From Candidatus Gottesmanbacteria bacterium (GTDB lineage: Bacteria > Patescibacteriota > Microgenomatia > JACOXO01): a stretch of DNA of 63,820 nucleotides. Both the position numbers and the translations under genes were made by a program. The notes below the pieces were generated by a model. It was not told the DNA's origin and ran no database searches. It saw only the letters and a program-made list of their open reading frames with translations. Shown one piece after another: positions 27,023 through 36,794 of this stretch. How positions within the stretch are numbered: position 1 is the stretch's first letter; each line of letters begins with the position of its first letter. The stretch covers positions 1-63,820 of the forward strand of contig JACOXO010000018.1 of NCBI GenBank assembly GCA_016182365.1, given 5' to 3'.

Positions 27023-27051
27023 TTGACAAAACCTATAGGATATGCTATATT
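27023..27051 (+). promoter_or_regulatory. Sigma-70-type promoter: TTGACA, 17-nt spacer, TATATT
   Basis: Consensus -35 (27023-28), a 17-nt spacer, and -10 TATATT (27046-51), 52 nt upstream of the ATG at 27103. Confidence 0.65.
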
Positions 27052-27060
27052 TCTACTCAG

Positions 27061-27100
27061 ATCCTAAGGTTTGGACCAAAATCCAGGCTTTAGGATTTTT
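27061..27100 (+). promoter_or_regulatory. Long 5'-terminal hairpin plus T-tract between the promoter and the start codon
   Basis: 15-bp helix ATCCTAAGGTTTGGA / TCCAGGCTTTAGGAT with 3 G-U pairs and loop CCAAAA, followed by TTTT. It ends 2 nt before the ATG at 27103 and there is no SD. Confidence 0.5.
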
Positions 27101-27102
27101 CT

Positions 27103-27630
27103 ATGAGAAACTATATAGTTTTTACTATATTATTTTCACTGATAGTTCTTGCTTTCCCACAAAAAACCTACTCAGATTCGGCACAAATTAATCTAAAAGT
27201 GGATTATGTTGACCTGGAAAAAGCCAGAAGAATTAGAGTGCTGGAAAATTTTTTAAATAAGTATAATTCTCCTTTAGCAGCATACACTTCAGTTTTTGTT
27301 GATGAGGCTTATTCTAACAACCTGGACTGGAGACTCGTTGCTTCAATAGCAGGTGTTGAATCTACATTTGGAAAAACAATTCCGGCTAATTCCTATAACG
27401 GCTGGGGATGGAATAATGGAAAATATAGCTTTGAAAGTTGGGAAGATGCCATCTCAACTATCTCAGAATCACTTAACGTAAAGTATGCTCAAAAATGGGG
27501 AGCAAAAGATCCCTACCAAATAGGCAAGTACTACGCCGCTTCACCTACTTGGGCTTCAAGAGTAACTTATTTTATGGAAAAAATAGAGAAGTCAAGTCCG
27601 GAAACTGAAAAGTTAACTTTCAACCTCTAA
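27103..27630 (+). CDS. Secreted SLT-like protein, paralog B
   Basis: 175 aa with a signal peptide. LDWRLVASIAGVESTFGKTIPANSYNGWGWN aligns with paralog A. C-terminal SPTWASRVTYFMEKI versus GSWASSVNHFMEQM in paralog A. Confidence 0.55.
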   Translation: MRNYIVFTILFSLIVLAFPQKTYSDSAQINLKVDYVDLEKARRIRVLENFLNKYNSPLAAYTSVFVDEAYSNNLDWRLVASIAGVESTFGKTIPANSYNGWGWNNGKYSFESWEDAISTISESLNVKYAQKWGAKDPYQIGKYYAASPTWASRVTYFMEKIEKSSPETEKLTFNL

Positions 27631-27666
27631 GACTTTTTCCTTGAACTCATGGTAAAATAGAGCAAT

Positions 27667-27752
27667 GCCGGGGTGGCGAAATTGGTAGACGCGCAGGGCT
27701 TAGAACTCTGTGGGTAGCAATACTCTTGGAGGTCCGATTCCTCTCCCCGGCA
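27667..27752 (+). tRNA. tRNA-Leu (anticodon TAG), class II with a long variable arm
   Basis: Acceptor GCCGGGG/CCCCGGC. Anticodon arm CAGGG-CTTAGAA-CTCTG. Variable arm about 16 nt. T arm GGAGG-TCCGATT-CCTCT. Discriminator A. Confidence 0.8.
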
Positions 27753-27771
27753 CACAATTGACAGAAAAAGC

Positions 27772-29403
27772 ATGAAACGATCAGCTACTTTAAAAAAACG
27801 ACGGATCCATATTTTTTTATTCCTGATATTTCTAGTTGGATTAACTCTTAGGCTATATAAACTCAATGATGGACTTATTTTTACCTATGATCAGGCCAGG
27901 GACGCGTACCGATCAACACAAATTTTTACCCAAAAGGATTTTAAAATTGTAGGTCCTGAAACTGACATTCCCGGAGTGCATCACGGTGTGGGTTATTATT
28001 ATCTTTTGGCTATTCCATATGCTTTATTTCAAGATCCTGTAGCTGCTGCTAGTTTGATTGCAGTATTTAATGCTTTAGGAATATTTTTGATTTTTTGGGC
28101 AGCAAACAAATTTTTTGGCAATTTACAAACTGCTGTAATAAGCAGTGTATTATATGCTGTTTCGTTTGAAATGGTGCAATACGGAAAATGGTTATCCAAT
28201 CCTTCGTTGGCAGTTTTAACTGTTTTGTTATCGTTTATTGGGTTGTGGATTTGGACTACTGGAAATAGGCGGGGCTTTTTACTGGCAATGTTTGGGATAT
28301 CTTTAAGTCTGCATTTTCAGCTCTTTTTATTATATCTTTTTTTAGTTCCAATTGTTATTTTTCTTATCTATCATCCAAAAATATCAGTTAAATATATTAT
28401 TTTAGGAATTATTATTTCGATTGTGATTGATTTACCACTGATAATTGCTGAAATTAAATTCGGTTTTCAAACAATCCACGCATTGGGACATTTTTTTTCA
28501 TCTCAAAGCAACGTTTATAGTTCGGTGACAGATTTTTTGATTAAATACATAGATCGATTTATTAGTGTTGCTTATCATACTATTTTTCCCTTAAACAGTG
28601 TATTTGCTTTTTTCGCAGCTGTATTTATTTTTTACGTTGTATTTAAAAATCAGAAAGGCAAGAGGGAGAAAAATCCACTTAAATTTTTGATCTTGTGGCT
28701 TTTTTCTGTAATACCTTTGTTTGCTTTTTCATCTGGAGCGCTAGGCTCTGAGTTTAGCTTTGTGGGTGTAGCTATATGTTTTATTCTGTTAACAGCATAT
28801 ACATTAAATTATATTTGGGAGGAAAAAAAGAAGTCGTCACTTGCTTTGATACTTTTGGCGATACTTATTCTTGTTAATCTACGTTTTAATCTAATACATG
28901 CCAAAGACGGAGCTTACATATTTTCCATACAGAAATCTATGACCTACGGCATTGAAAAACAAATATTAGACTATACTTACCAAGAAGCCAAAGGTGAGCC
29001 TTTTAGCATCTGTACTTTAACCAACCCGCTTTTTATTAATACTACCTGGGCATATCTTTATGAAAATTATGGTAAAAGTAAATATAAATATCTTCCTTTC
29101 TGGGCTGGTCCCGATCAGTCAAGTTATCTAGGTAATTTACCTGACGATACCAGCAAACCAAAGTTACGATTTATAATCTATGAACCATTAACTGGAATTG
29201 CTGTCACTCCTGTTGAGCTTTTTGCAAAATTTGAAGATTTTGTGTCGGAACTGGTTGAGGTTAAAACTTTTGCAGAGTTTAAGGTTGAGAAAAGGTTATT
29301 GGTTACTGATAGCGAAAAATCAAAAAAAATTGCTCCTGCTACTTCTTATGACCAAAACCTGTTGAAGGATGAAAATTATCTTCAATATCACTGTTTTAAC
29401 TGA
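27772..29403 (+). CDS. GT-C fold membrane glycosyltransferase (ArnT/PMT-like)
   Basis: 543 aa with more than 10 TM segments, first-loop motif FTYDQARDAYRS, and a C-terminal soluble domain. Confidence 0.6.
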   Translation: MKRSATLKKRRIHIFLFLIFLVGLTLRLYKLNDGLIFTYDQARDAYRSTQIFTQKDFKIVGPETDIPGVHHGVGYYYLLAIPYALFQDPVAAASLIAVFNALGIFLIFWAANKFFGNLQTAVISSVLYAVSFEMVQYGKWLSNPSLAVLTVLLSFIGLWIWTTGNRRGFLLAMFGISLSLHFQLFLLYLFLVPIVIFLIYHPKISVKYIILGIIISIVIDLPLIIAEIKFGFQTIHALGHFFSSQSNVYSSVTDFLIKYIDRFISVAYHTIFPLNSVFAFFAAVFIFYVVFKNQKGKREKNPLKFLILWLFSVIPLFAFSSGALGSEFSFVGVAICFILLTAYTLNYIWEEKKKSSLALILLAILILVNLRFNLIHAKDGAYIFSIQKSMTYGIEKQILDYTYQEAKGEPFSICTLTNPLFINTTWAYLYENYGKSKYKYLPFWAGPDQSSYLGNLPDDTSKPKLRFIIYEPLTGIAVTPVELFAKFEDFVSELVEVKTFAEFKVEKRLLVTDSEKSKKIAPATSYDQNLLKDENYLQYHCFN

Positions 29404-29413
29404 ATATAATTAC

Positions 29414-30184
29414 TTATTTATTTTTGCTTCGGAAGAATAGAAGATAGGTTGCCGTTATAACAAACCCCACATAGCTGTACAATGTTATGTATAAAATTCC
29501 TAGTATCATACTATTTGATGGACTTATTACATAAATGTTAAGAATGCCGATGATAATAAAATAGGGTGTTAAAAGATAGCTCATTTTTAAGTTTTTCATG
29601 GCAAATTGTGCACTTTTGATCATTGCAAAAATAAAAAATTTATTTCTTATTGCAAAGAATATCCCGGTGTATATAAACAAAGGGGATATTAAACTAATAA
29701 ATAAGTTTATATAAACAGGAAAAGATTTATAACTAACAGTTTGAGGATCTAAAATAAGCACTTTTGACAGGATTAATATTGTTCCAAGAAAGACTAACAA
29801 TACAAATATTAATACTACAAGGACTATAAAAGCTATTGAGAATCGCAATAGTAATTTAGTTATCGACTTAATGGCATAATTAACCGATATTTGCTTTTTT
29901 TCAAGAATATCGTTAAAAAACAACCAAATTGAAAGACTATATGTTCCAAGCAATAAAATAATTATGAATGCTAATGCAAAGTTTGCAAAAGTAGAGTTCT
30001 TAATGAGTGATAAACTATTTAATTGGGAAACAACAGACAAAATAAATATAGGAATATAAAGTTTTATATTCCTGTTAGCAAGCTCGGATCCTTGTTTCAA
30101 AAAAATCAAAGCGTCTCTCATCATATCGTGAGTATTATTATACCATCCCCATGTAGTATTCTCAATACTGGTCAATATATCCAA
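29414..30184 (-). CDS. Polytopic membrane protein, function unknown
   Basis: 256 aa with about 6 TM segments. Confidence 0.5.
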   Translation of the reverse strand: MDILTSIENTTWGWYNNTHDMMRDALIFLKQGSELANRNIKLYIPIFILSVVSQLNSLSLIKNSTFANFALAFIIILLLGTYSLSIWLFFNDILEKKQISVNYAIKSITKLLLRFSIAFIVLVVLIFVLLVFLGTILILSKVLILDPQTVSYKSFPVYINLFISLISPLFIYTGIFFAIRNKFFIFAMIKSAQFAMKNLKMSYLLTPYFIIIGILNIYVISPSNSMILGILYITLYSYVGFVITATYLLFFRSKNK

Positions 30185-30195
30185 AAAAGGTTATA

Positions 30196-31224
30196 ATGGC
30201 GCTCTTATTTTTTATGAGGAAGTTTTTTAGTAAACGCAATATTATTATCCTTCTTATCCTTATTTTTTTAGGCGGAGGATCCTATTTCTATCAAAACAGG
30301 CAAAAAGCTCCCCAATACGAAACAAAAACCATAGAAAGTTCTTCTTTAACCAGTTATATTTCAGCCTCAGGCACTATTAACGCACAAAAATACGCTGATC
30401 TTCATTTTCAAACAGGAGGGGTTCTTTCCTGGCTTGGCGTATCAGAAGGTGATACTGTAAAATCATGGCAGGTCATTGCAACTTTGGACCAGAGAGAAGT
30501 ACATAAACAGCTTACTAAAGCCCTTCGTGACTATTCAATAGAACGGAATAAATTTGACGAAGCAAAATACGATACGTATGCCAACGAACCAGTTACTGCA
30601 ACAATCAGCCGTATTCTACAAAATAATCAGTATAATCTTGATAAAGCTGTTTTGGATGTAGAACTTCGAGACCTGTCTTTGCAATTATCACGACTATCTA
30701 CTCCAATCTCTGGAGTTGTCACACATCTTGATACGCCTGTTGCTGGAGTTAATATTACACCAGCAACAGCTTTTGTTGTTGTTGACCCCAACTCAATAGT
30801 TTTTCAGGCTGAGGTAGATGAGGTTGATGTTAGCAATGTAACAATTGGTCAAAATGTTGAAGTTTCCTTAGACAGTTATCCTAGTGAAACTTTTGCTGGC
30901 ACTGTTTCAAAAATTTCTTTTGAAGCTGTAACCTCTTCATCGGGTGGAACTACATTTTTAGTTGATATTAATCTTCCTTATAGCCAAAATTTAATGTTTA
31001 GACCAGGTATGAATGGGGATGCGCAAATTATTACCTCAGAAAAAACAGATATTATTGTTATACCTTTTAATGCAATTGTTGAGGAAGATGAAGGTAGTTT
31101 TGTTTATGTTCTGGAAAATGAAAAGAGGCTAAAACGAAAGGTAGAAACAGGTATAGAAGGGGAAGCTGAGGTTGAGATTGTCAGTGGAGTAAATTTGGGA
31201 GAAGTCATTATAATCAATCCATGA
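30196..31224 (+). CDS. HlyD/MacA-type efflux adaptor
   Basis: 342 aa. TM anchor; lipoyl-like GGVLSWLGVSEGDTVKSWQVIATLD; coiled coil; LSTPISGVVTHLD; beta-barrel and MP domains. Confidence 0.75.
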   Translation: MALLFFMRKFFSKRNIIILLILIFLGGGSYFYQNRQKAPQYETKTIESSSLTSYISASGTINAQKYADLHFQTGGVLSWLGVSEGDTVKSWQVIATLDQREVHKQLTKALRDYSIERNKFDEAKYDTYANEPVTATISRILQNNQYNLDKAVLDVELRDLSLQLSRLSTPISGVVTHLDTPVAGVNITPATAFVVVDPNSIVFQAEVDEVDVSNVTIGQNVEVSLDSYPSETFAGTVSKISFEAVTSSSGGTTFLVDINLPYSQNLMFRPGMNGDAQIITSEKTDIIVIPFNAIVEEDEGSFVYVLENEKRLKRKVETGIEGEAEVEIVSGVNLGEVIIINP

Positions 31225-31901
31225 TCGCAATTCTAAACGTCTCCAAAATCTATAAACTTGATGGTGTTGAGGTTAGAGCGGTAAATAAGATTAATTTAAC
31301 CATCAAGGAAAAAGAGTTTATAGCCATTATGGGCCCATCAGGATCGGGTAAATCAACTTTAATGCATCTTATTGGAGCTTTGGACACTCCAACATCAGGT
31401 TCCGTAATGATAGATGGTAAAGATATTGGGAAGATGAACGACGAAGAACTAGCTTTCCTCAGAAACCAAACTATTGGTTTTGTGTTTCAGCAGTTTAATC
31501 TTCTCCCTAAAACCACGTCAATAGATAATGTAATTCTACCTCTTTTATATGGTTCGACTCCATCTTCACTTAGAAAATCTCTGGCCCAGCAAATGCTGGT
31601 TAAAGTAGATCTTTCAAACAGGCTTTGTCATTTACCAAGCCAGCTTTCAGGAGGACAGCAGCAAAGGGTAGCAATAGCAAGAGCTATGGTTACAAATCCA
31701 AAAATAATACTTGCCGATGAACCAACTGGCAATTTGGATTCCAAATCCAGCGTTGAAATTATGAAATTATTTAAACAGTTGAATAAAGAAGGAAAAACAA
31801 TAATTTTAATTACTCATGAACTGACAATCGCAAAATTTGCAAAAAGAATAGTTCATATTAAAGATGGGGAGATAATTAAAAATAATAATGACTATAGATG
31901 A
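31221..31901 (+). CDS. ABC transporter ATP-binding protein (MacB/LolD type)
   Basis: 226 aa. Walker [10 protein letters not shown]; Q-loop; signature [14 protein letters not shown]; Walker B ILADEPT. ATGA overlap with the upstream gene. Confidence 0.9.
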   Translation: MIAILNVSKIYKLDGVEVRAVNKINLTIKEKEFIAIMGPSGSGKSTLMHLIGALDTPTSGSVMIDGKDIGKMNDEELAFLRNQTIGFVFQQFNLLPKTTSIDNVILPLLYGSTPSSLRKSLAQQMLVKVDLSNRLCHLPSQLSGGQQQRVAIARAMVTNPKIILADEPTGNLDSKSSVEIMKLFKQLNKEGKTIILITHELTIAKFAKRIVHIKDGEIIKNNNDYR

Positions 31902-32015
31902 TTGAAAATAGAAAATAGTGGTTGAAGCTTGAGAATAGAAAATAGACTTATCAATTTTCTATATTCTATTTTCTACAACAATCTTCTATTATCTATTATC
32001 CATCGTCAAAAATAT
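31902..32015. repeat. Intra-operon spacer with direct and inverted TAGAAAATAG motifs
   Basis: GAAAATAGAAAATAG (31904-18) and GAATAGAAAATAG (31933-45) are direct copies. CTATTTTCT (31967-75) is inverted. TCTATTATCTATTATC (31985-32000) follows. Confidence 0.5.
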
Positions 32016-33218
32016 ATGAATAAGTTTTTAGAATCGCTCTTAATTGCACTAAAATCACTGAAACGTAATAAAATACGTTCATTCTTAACCATGCTTGGGG
32101 TGATTATAGGAGTTACCTCAGTTATTCTTCTGGTTTCAATTGGCCAGGGCTTGCAAAATTATATTATCAATCAGTTTGAAGAGATGGGAACAAATCTACT
32201 TTTTGTCATGCCGGGAAAATTTCAGTTTAGAGACTCAAGAGAAGGTGGACCTCCAGGGGGCGGATCAGAAAAGTTGACACTGGATGATATTAATTATTTA
32301 GAGGCTCGGACCAGAAGGGTTAAGAGTTTTTTACCTATCGTATCCAAGACAGCTGATGTAAGTTATGGACGGGAAACTTACAACACCTTTGTTGTGGGAA
32401 CGACACAAGATTACGAACACTTAAGAAAATCTCCTGTAACATCAGGTAAGTTTTTTAACAAATCTCAGGTAATCGGAGGCAGAAGAGTTGCTGTTTTAGG
32501 AACAACAGTTGTTGAAGAAATATTTGGGACTATTGAACCTATTGATAAAAAAATTAGAGTTGATGGTACAACTTATACTGTTGTAGGCGTTTTATCAGAA
32601 AAAGGCGCAGCAGCAGGTTCTGATCAGGATGACCAAATTATTATCCCGATTGATGCTTTTGATAAACAATTTGAGCCGGGAGGAATAAGTTATGCCTACG
32701 CAGAAGTTGAAGATACAAGTGATATAACTTCTGCCCAGGAGGAAATGACCGAGATTTTAGGAAGAATTAAAAATGATGATGACTTTTCTGTTGTTGACCA
32801 AAGGGAGTTGTTATCAACAATCACTTCAATATTAGGAGTATTAACTTTAGGATTAGGAGGTATTGCGGCAATTTCTTTACTTGTTGGTGGAATTGGAATT
32901 ATGAATATTATGCTTGTATCAGTAACAGAAAGGACAAGAGAAATTGGCCTTAGAAAAGCAGTTGGTGCTACACCTAAGGTTATAAGAACACAATTCTTAA
33001 TTGAAGCAGTGATACTATCAGTTGGCGGAGGACTTATTGGAGTAATACTAGGTTCTTTAGGAACATTAGGAATATCTCAATTTTTCCCAGCATCAGTAAC
33101 TTTATGGTCAATACTACTAGCATTCGGGGTATCAGCTCTGGTAGGTGTGATATTTGGTATCGCACCGGCAATTAAAGCCTCCCGCCTTAGCCCAATCGAA
33201 GCACTAAGATATGAGTAA
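32016..33218 (+). CDS. ABC transporter permease, MacB/FtsX family
   Basis: Preferred start is the ATG at 32016 (MNKFLESLLIALKSLKRNKIRSFLTMLGVIIGV). Has a MacB periplasmic domain and FtsX C-terminal TM segments, including ERTREIGLRKAVGA. The track start 31929 (TTG) runs through the repeat spacer. Confidence 0.85.
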   Translation: MNKFLESLLIALKSLKRNKIRSFLTMLGVIIGVTSVILLVSIGQGLQNYIINQFEEMGTNLLFVMPGKFQFRDSREGGPPGGGSEKLTLDDINYLEARTRRVKSFLPIVSKTADVSYGRETYNTFVVGTTQDYEHLRKSPVTSGKFFNKSQVIGGRRVAVLGTTVVEEIFGTIEPIDKKIRVDGTTYTVVGVLSEKGAAAGSDQDDQIIIPIDAFDKQFEPGGISYAYAEVEDTSDITSAQEEMTEILGRIKNDDDFSVVDQRELLSTITSILGVLTLGLGGIAAISLLVGGIGIMNIMLVSVTERTREIGLRKAVGATPKVIRTQFLIEAVILSVGGGLIGVILGSLGTLGISQFFPASVTLWSILLAFGVSALVGVIFGIAPAIKASRLSPIEALRYE

Positions 33219-33219
33219 T

Positions 33220-33678
33220 TTACTTCGGAGGGCGATTTAGTATTTCTTGTTCTTTGGCTTTAATAATTCCCTCCCATAAACCTGGATATAAAAGACTTAA
33301 CCTATTTACACGTCTTAAAGCTTCTCTGTACTGATATTTCCCCTTTTTTCTGTCCCATCTCTTAGATAGCACAGCCTCCATATAAATTTTTGCATTCTGT
33401 TTTCCAGCTTCTGTAGGTCCAGGTTCTACTTCTTTTTTACTATCTCTACTACCTTTCTTTAATACTTCAGCAACTTCTTCAAAAAGTCCAGGATAATCTT
33501 TTCTTAATGAATTAACTTCACTAAGTGCTGATCTATATTCTCTACTTTTCATATTAGTAAAATAATCTTGAAAGAATGTTCTTGCTAACAATCTCTCATT
33601 ATCAAGGAATTTATTTGTTTCACTAAAATCAGACTTATTTGGAGGTAATATAGGAAGATTTTCTGGGCTATCTTGCAT
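33220..33678 (-). CDS. Hypothetical protein with an internal duplication
   Basis: 152 aa. YRSALSEVNSLRKDYPGLFEEV and YREALRRVNRLSLLYPGLWEGI are two copies of one motif. Confidence 0.45.
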   Translation of the reverse strand: MQDSPENLPILPPNKSDFSETNKFLDNERLLARTFFQDYFTNMKSREYRSALSEVNSLRKDYPGLFEEVAEVLKKGSRDSKKEVEPGPTEAGKQNAKIYMEAVLSKRWDRKKGKYQYREALRRVNRLSLLYPGLWEGIIKAKEQEILNRPPK

Positions 33679-33782
33679 AGTATAAATTATATCGAATACA
33701 GCAAAAATTACAAGAATATAAATATTTATTTTATTAGTTTACTATTGATCTTCGTCTTTTATTCGGATAGAATAAGATTATT

Positions 33783-34955
33783 ATGGATCCTAGACCTCTG
33801 GCAGAACAGCTCCGTCCTTCTAAGTTTAATGAGTTTGTCGGCCAGCCGCATTTGGTAGGTGAGAATGGGTTAATCACAAAACTTTTAGAATCAGGAAAAA
33901 TTCCTTCGTTAATTTTTTGGGGTCCGCCTGGATCTGGCAAAACCACTCTGGCAAGACTTATCGCAACTCAATCTGATTCAGATTTTGTGGAATTCTCAGC
34001 TGTAGCTACAAAACTTGAAATGATTAAAGACGTGGTAAAAAAAGCCCAGGAAGTTTTAAAACTTTATGGCAGGAAAACAATTTTATTTATAGATGAAATC
34101 CACAGATTTAATAAATCCCAACAGGCAATATTCCTTCCTTATGTGGAAAACGGGGACATTATTTTAATTGCATCAACTACGGAAAATCCTTCATTTGAAG
34201 TTATAAGCCCTCTATTATCCAGAAGTAAAGTTGTTGTGTTTTATAAGCACCAGAATAAGGAATTGTCACAAATTGCAAAAATTGCATTGAAAAAATTGAA
34301 AAAAAATGTTGATAAAAATGCTCTTAAGTTCTTAATACAAAGCTCAAATGGCGATGGAAGAATAATTATTACAACTCTTGATATTGCTTCTAGTTTGGTG
34401 GGAAATAGAAGAAAACTTACCATGCAGGATATTGAAACTGCTCTTCAGAAAAAAATGCTCGAGTATGACAAGAAAGGGGAGGAGCACTACAACACAATTT
34501 CAGCCTTTATCAAATCTATGAGATCATCAGACGTTAATGCAGCATTATATTACCTTGCCAGAATGGTTGAGGCAGGGGAAGATCCATTATTTATTGCAAG
34601 AAGAATGGTTATATTTGCCAGTGAAGATATAGGAATGGCTGTCCCAACTGCTTTGGTTGTTGCCAACGAAGTGTTTAGAGCTTGCGATACAATCGGTTAT
34701 CCAGAATGTGCAATAAATCTTGCTCATGGAGTAGTTTATCTGTCATCGGCTAAAAAAGATAGGAGATCATATGACGCCTATTTCTCAGCTGTTGCTGATG
34801 TTAAAAAATATGGAAATTTAGCGGTTCCTTTAAATATCAGGAACGCTCCTACAAAGTTGATGAAAGATTTAAACTACGGAAAAGATTATGAAATGTACAC
34901 CAAGGAAAGTCTCCTTCCTGATAAGTTAAAAGGCAAAAAATACTACAAAAAATAG
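33783..34955 (+). CDS. rarA: Replication-associated recombination protein A (MgsA/RarA AAA+ ATPase)
   Basis: 390 aa. LAEQLRPSKFNEFVGQPHLVG; Walker A GPPGSGKTTLA; Walker B LFIDEIHRFNK; ATTENPSFE; C-terminal MgsA domain. Confidence 0.9.
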   Translation: MDPRPLAEQLRPSKFNEFVGQPHLVGENGLITKLLESGKIPSLIFWGPPGSGKTTLARLIATQSDSDFVEFSAVATKLEMIKDVVKKAQEVLKLYGRKTILFIDEIHRFNKSQQAIFLPYVENGDIILIASTTENPSFEVISPLLSRSKVVVFYKHQNKELSQIAKIALKKLKKNVDKNALKFLIQSSNGDGRIIITTLDIASSLVGNRRKLTMQDIETALQKKMLEYDKKGEEHYNTISAFIKSMRSSDVNAALYYLARMVEAGEDPLFIARRMVIFASEDIGMAVPTALVVANEVFRACDTIGYPECAINLAHGVVYLSSAKKDRRSYDAYFSAVADVKKYGNLAVPLNIRNAPTKLMKDLNYGKDYEMYTKESLLPDKLKGKKYYKK

Positions 34956-34964
34956 TATTTTAAC

Positions 34965-34992
34965 TTGACTTTCACCATATTACTCCTACAAT
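34965..34992 (+). promoter_or_regulatory. Promoter: TTGACT, 16-nt spacer, TACAAT
   Basis: -35 at 34965-70 and -10 at 34987-92, 10 nt upstream of the GTG start at 35003. Confidence 0.55.
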
Positions 34993-35002
34993 ACATTTTC
35001 TA

Positions 35003-35908
35003 GTGAGTACAATTGAATTATTAAAAAATGTAGTCTCAGCAGAAGATGCTATAAAACAACTGAAAAAACCAGTTGAAATTCCTCGTGAAGCTTTTACAGA
35101 TGGGGTTGCGGATGTTGCCTTGGTTAAAGCATATTCAGTTATATTTGATAAATTGATTGTATTGGGTACTGATATTCTGAACAGAACACCATCTCAAGCT
35201 GTTGATACAACTGGTTTAATAGAAGAAGTCGATTTAGGCGGTGATTATTATATAAAATTTAGGTATTCAAAAGACGAAAAAGGAGCAAAGAGGATGTTTG
35301 TTGGTTTTTATCAGGATGATAAAAGAGCGAAAACTAAACGCGGTTACTCAACCGAGTTTAGAATTACCGGCTCTAACAATGGTCAATCTTTATTAGCAAT
35401 AAATTCTGATGAATCAAAACTGTCTGTTACTACTGTAAATGAAGGTTCTACTATAACCACTACTGTAAGTCAGGCAAACTTTGCTAGACTTCGAAAAGGC
35501 AGTTTCTTAGAACAAGACACTGAAGTTAATTATTTAGATATTCTCCAAACATCGGAATTTCCCGATACGCTTTCTGAAATTAGATTGATAAGGAATCTAC
35601 CACCTGATCAGGAAGGTTCAGCAGCAACACTTAGTGTTATTTTATATGCAAATCCCGAAAACTATGATGGATCGGTAATTAAATATTCAGCATACTATAG
35701 TCTATTTACAGGAGCGGGTACACCAACCTCAGTTAAAAACCGTCAATCGAATGTGTTTTTACCATTTGACACAGAGCAAGAAGAGGATTTGGATAATCGA
35801 GTAGCTAAAAAGCAAAAATCTTTATCTAAGCGATTATTTAAAACTCTGGATACAGTAGCTGTAATTACAACTTTAGCAGAAAACGAGAATCCGATATTAA
35901 ACGCATAA
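35003..35908 (+). CDS. Hypothetical protein
   Basis: 301-aa ORF with a GTG start. No recognisable family. Confidence 0.5.
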   Translation: MSTIELLKNVVSAEDAIKQLKKPVEIPREAFTDGVADVALVKAYSVIFDKLIVLGTDILNRTPSQAVDTTGLIEEVDLGGDYYIKFRYSKDEKGAKRMFVGFYQDDKRAKTKRGYSTEFRITGSNNGQSLLAINSDESKLSVTTVNEGSTITTTVSQANFARLRKGSFLEQDTEVNYLDILQTSEFPDTLSEIRLIRNLPPDQEGSAATLSVILYANPENYDGSVIKYSAYYSLFTGAGTPTSVKNRQSNVFLPFDTEQEEDLDNRVAKKQKSLSKRLFKTLDTVAVITTLAENENPILNA

Positions 35909-35929
35909 TATGCTATAATTAAGCTTTAT

Positions 35930-36787
35930 ATGACATCAGCTGTAGAAAGATTACCTAAAAGTACCATAAAAATAACCATAACTCTTCCCTGGAATGAAGT
36001 TAAGAATACCTATGAACATGTGATGGAAGAGGTTATCGCAACTGCCGAAGTTTCCGGATTTAGAAAAGGTAAGGCTCCAAGAAAATTAGTTGAGGATAAA
36101 ATTGACAAAACAAAAGTTTACCAGGAAGTAATCCAACATATTGTTCCCAAAACTTATGCCGATAGTGTAAAGCAGCACGATTTAAAACCAATCGTATCTC
36201 CAAGAATTACCATAACTAAAGCCAAAGAAAATGAAGACTGGCAGTTTGAGGCTTTAACTTGTGAACAGCCGCCGGTAGTTTTGGGTAAATATAAAGAGGA
36301 GATAGCAAAACTTAAAGCAACTAAAAAAATCTGGGTACCTGGAAAAGATATTAAAAAGCAAGAAGAGGAAGAAAAAAAGGGTGTTGAACTGTCACAAGTA
36401 CTAAGGGTACTTTTAAATTCAGCTCAAGTTGAAATTCCTGATATGCTAGTTGAGAATCAGGCTAATAAAAAGTTGTCTGAGCTTGTTGACCAAGTACGCA
36501 CATTGGGCATGACTGTTGAACAATACTTAATGTCTAAAGGTATAACATCAGAGCAACTTCGGGCTCAATACGCAAGAGAAGCTGAGGAGACACTAAAGCT
36601 TGAGTTTATACTCGAATCAATAGCTGATTTGGAAAAAGTTGTTATTTCTGATAAAGAGATAGATGAGGCTATTAATGCTGTAAAAGATGAAAAAGAAAGG
36701 GCTAATCTTGGAGCTCAAAGATATTATATTAGTATGATACTTAGGCGTCAAAAAACGCTTGACAGCCTCACGAAACCTATAGTATAA
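35930..36787 (+). CDS. tig: Trigger factor lacking the PPIase domain
   Basis: 285 aa. N-terminal ribosome-binding domain with the signature GFRKGKAP. C-terminal TF arm domain. No FKBP-type insert; full-length TF is about 430 aa. Confidence 0.75.
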   Translation: MTSAVERLPKSTIKITITLPWNEVKNTYEHVMEEVIATAEVSGFRKGKAPRKLVEDKIDKTKVYQEVIQHIVPKTYADSVKQHDLKPIVSPRITITKAKENEDWQFEALTCEQPPVVLGKYKEEIAKLKATKKIWVPGKDIKKQEEEEKKGVELSQVLRVLLNSAQVEIPDMLVENQANKKLSELVDQVRTLGMTVEQYLMSKGITSEQLRAQYAREAEETLKLEFILESIADLEKVVISDKEIDEAINAVKDEKERANLGAQRYYISMILRRQKTLDSLTKPIV

Positions 36788-36794
36788 TGCCGCC

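Noticed and set aside
27627-27866. Track ORF 27627..27866 (-)
   Set aside because: It overlaps tRNA-Leu on the opposite strand and the 5' end of the GT-C gene. It is spurious.
5067-35908. Possible paralogy among small soluble hypothetical proteins (5067.., 8208.., 35003..) based on an I-x-R/N-SD-E/N-like motif
   Set aside because: The similarity is a few residues seen by eye (VIRNSDED / ISRTSDNS / AINSDESK). It is far too weak to claim without a proper alignment.
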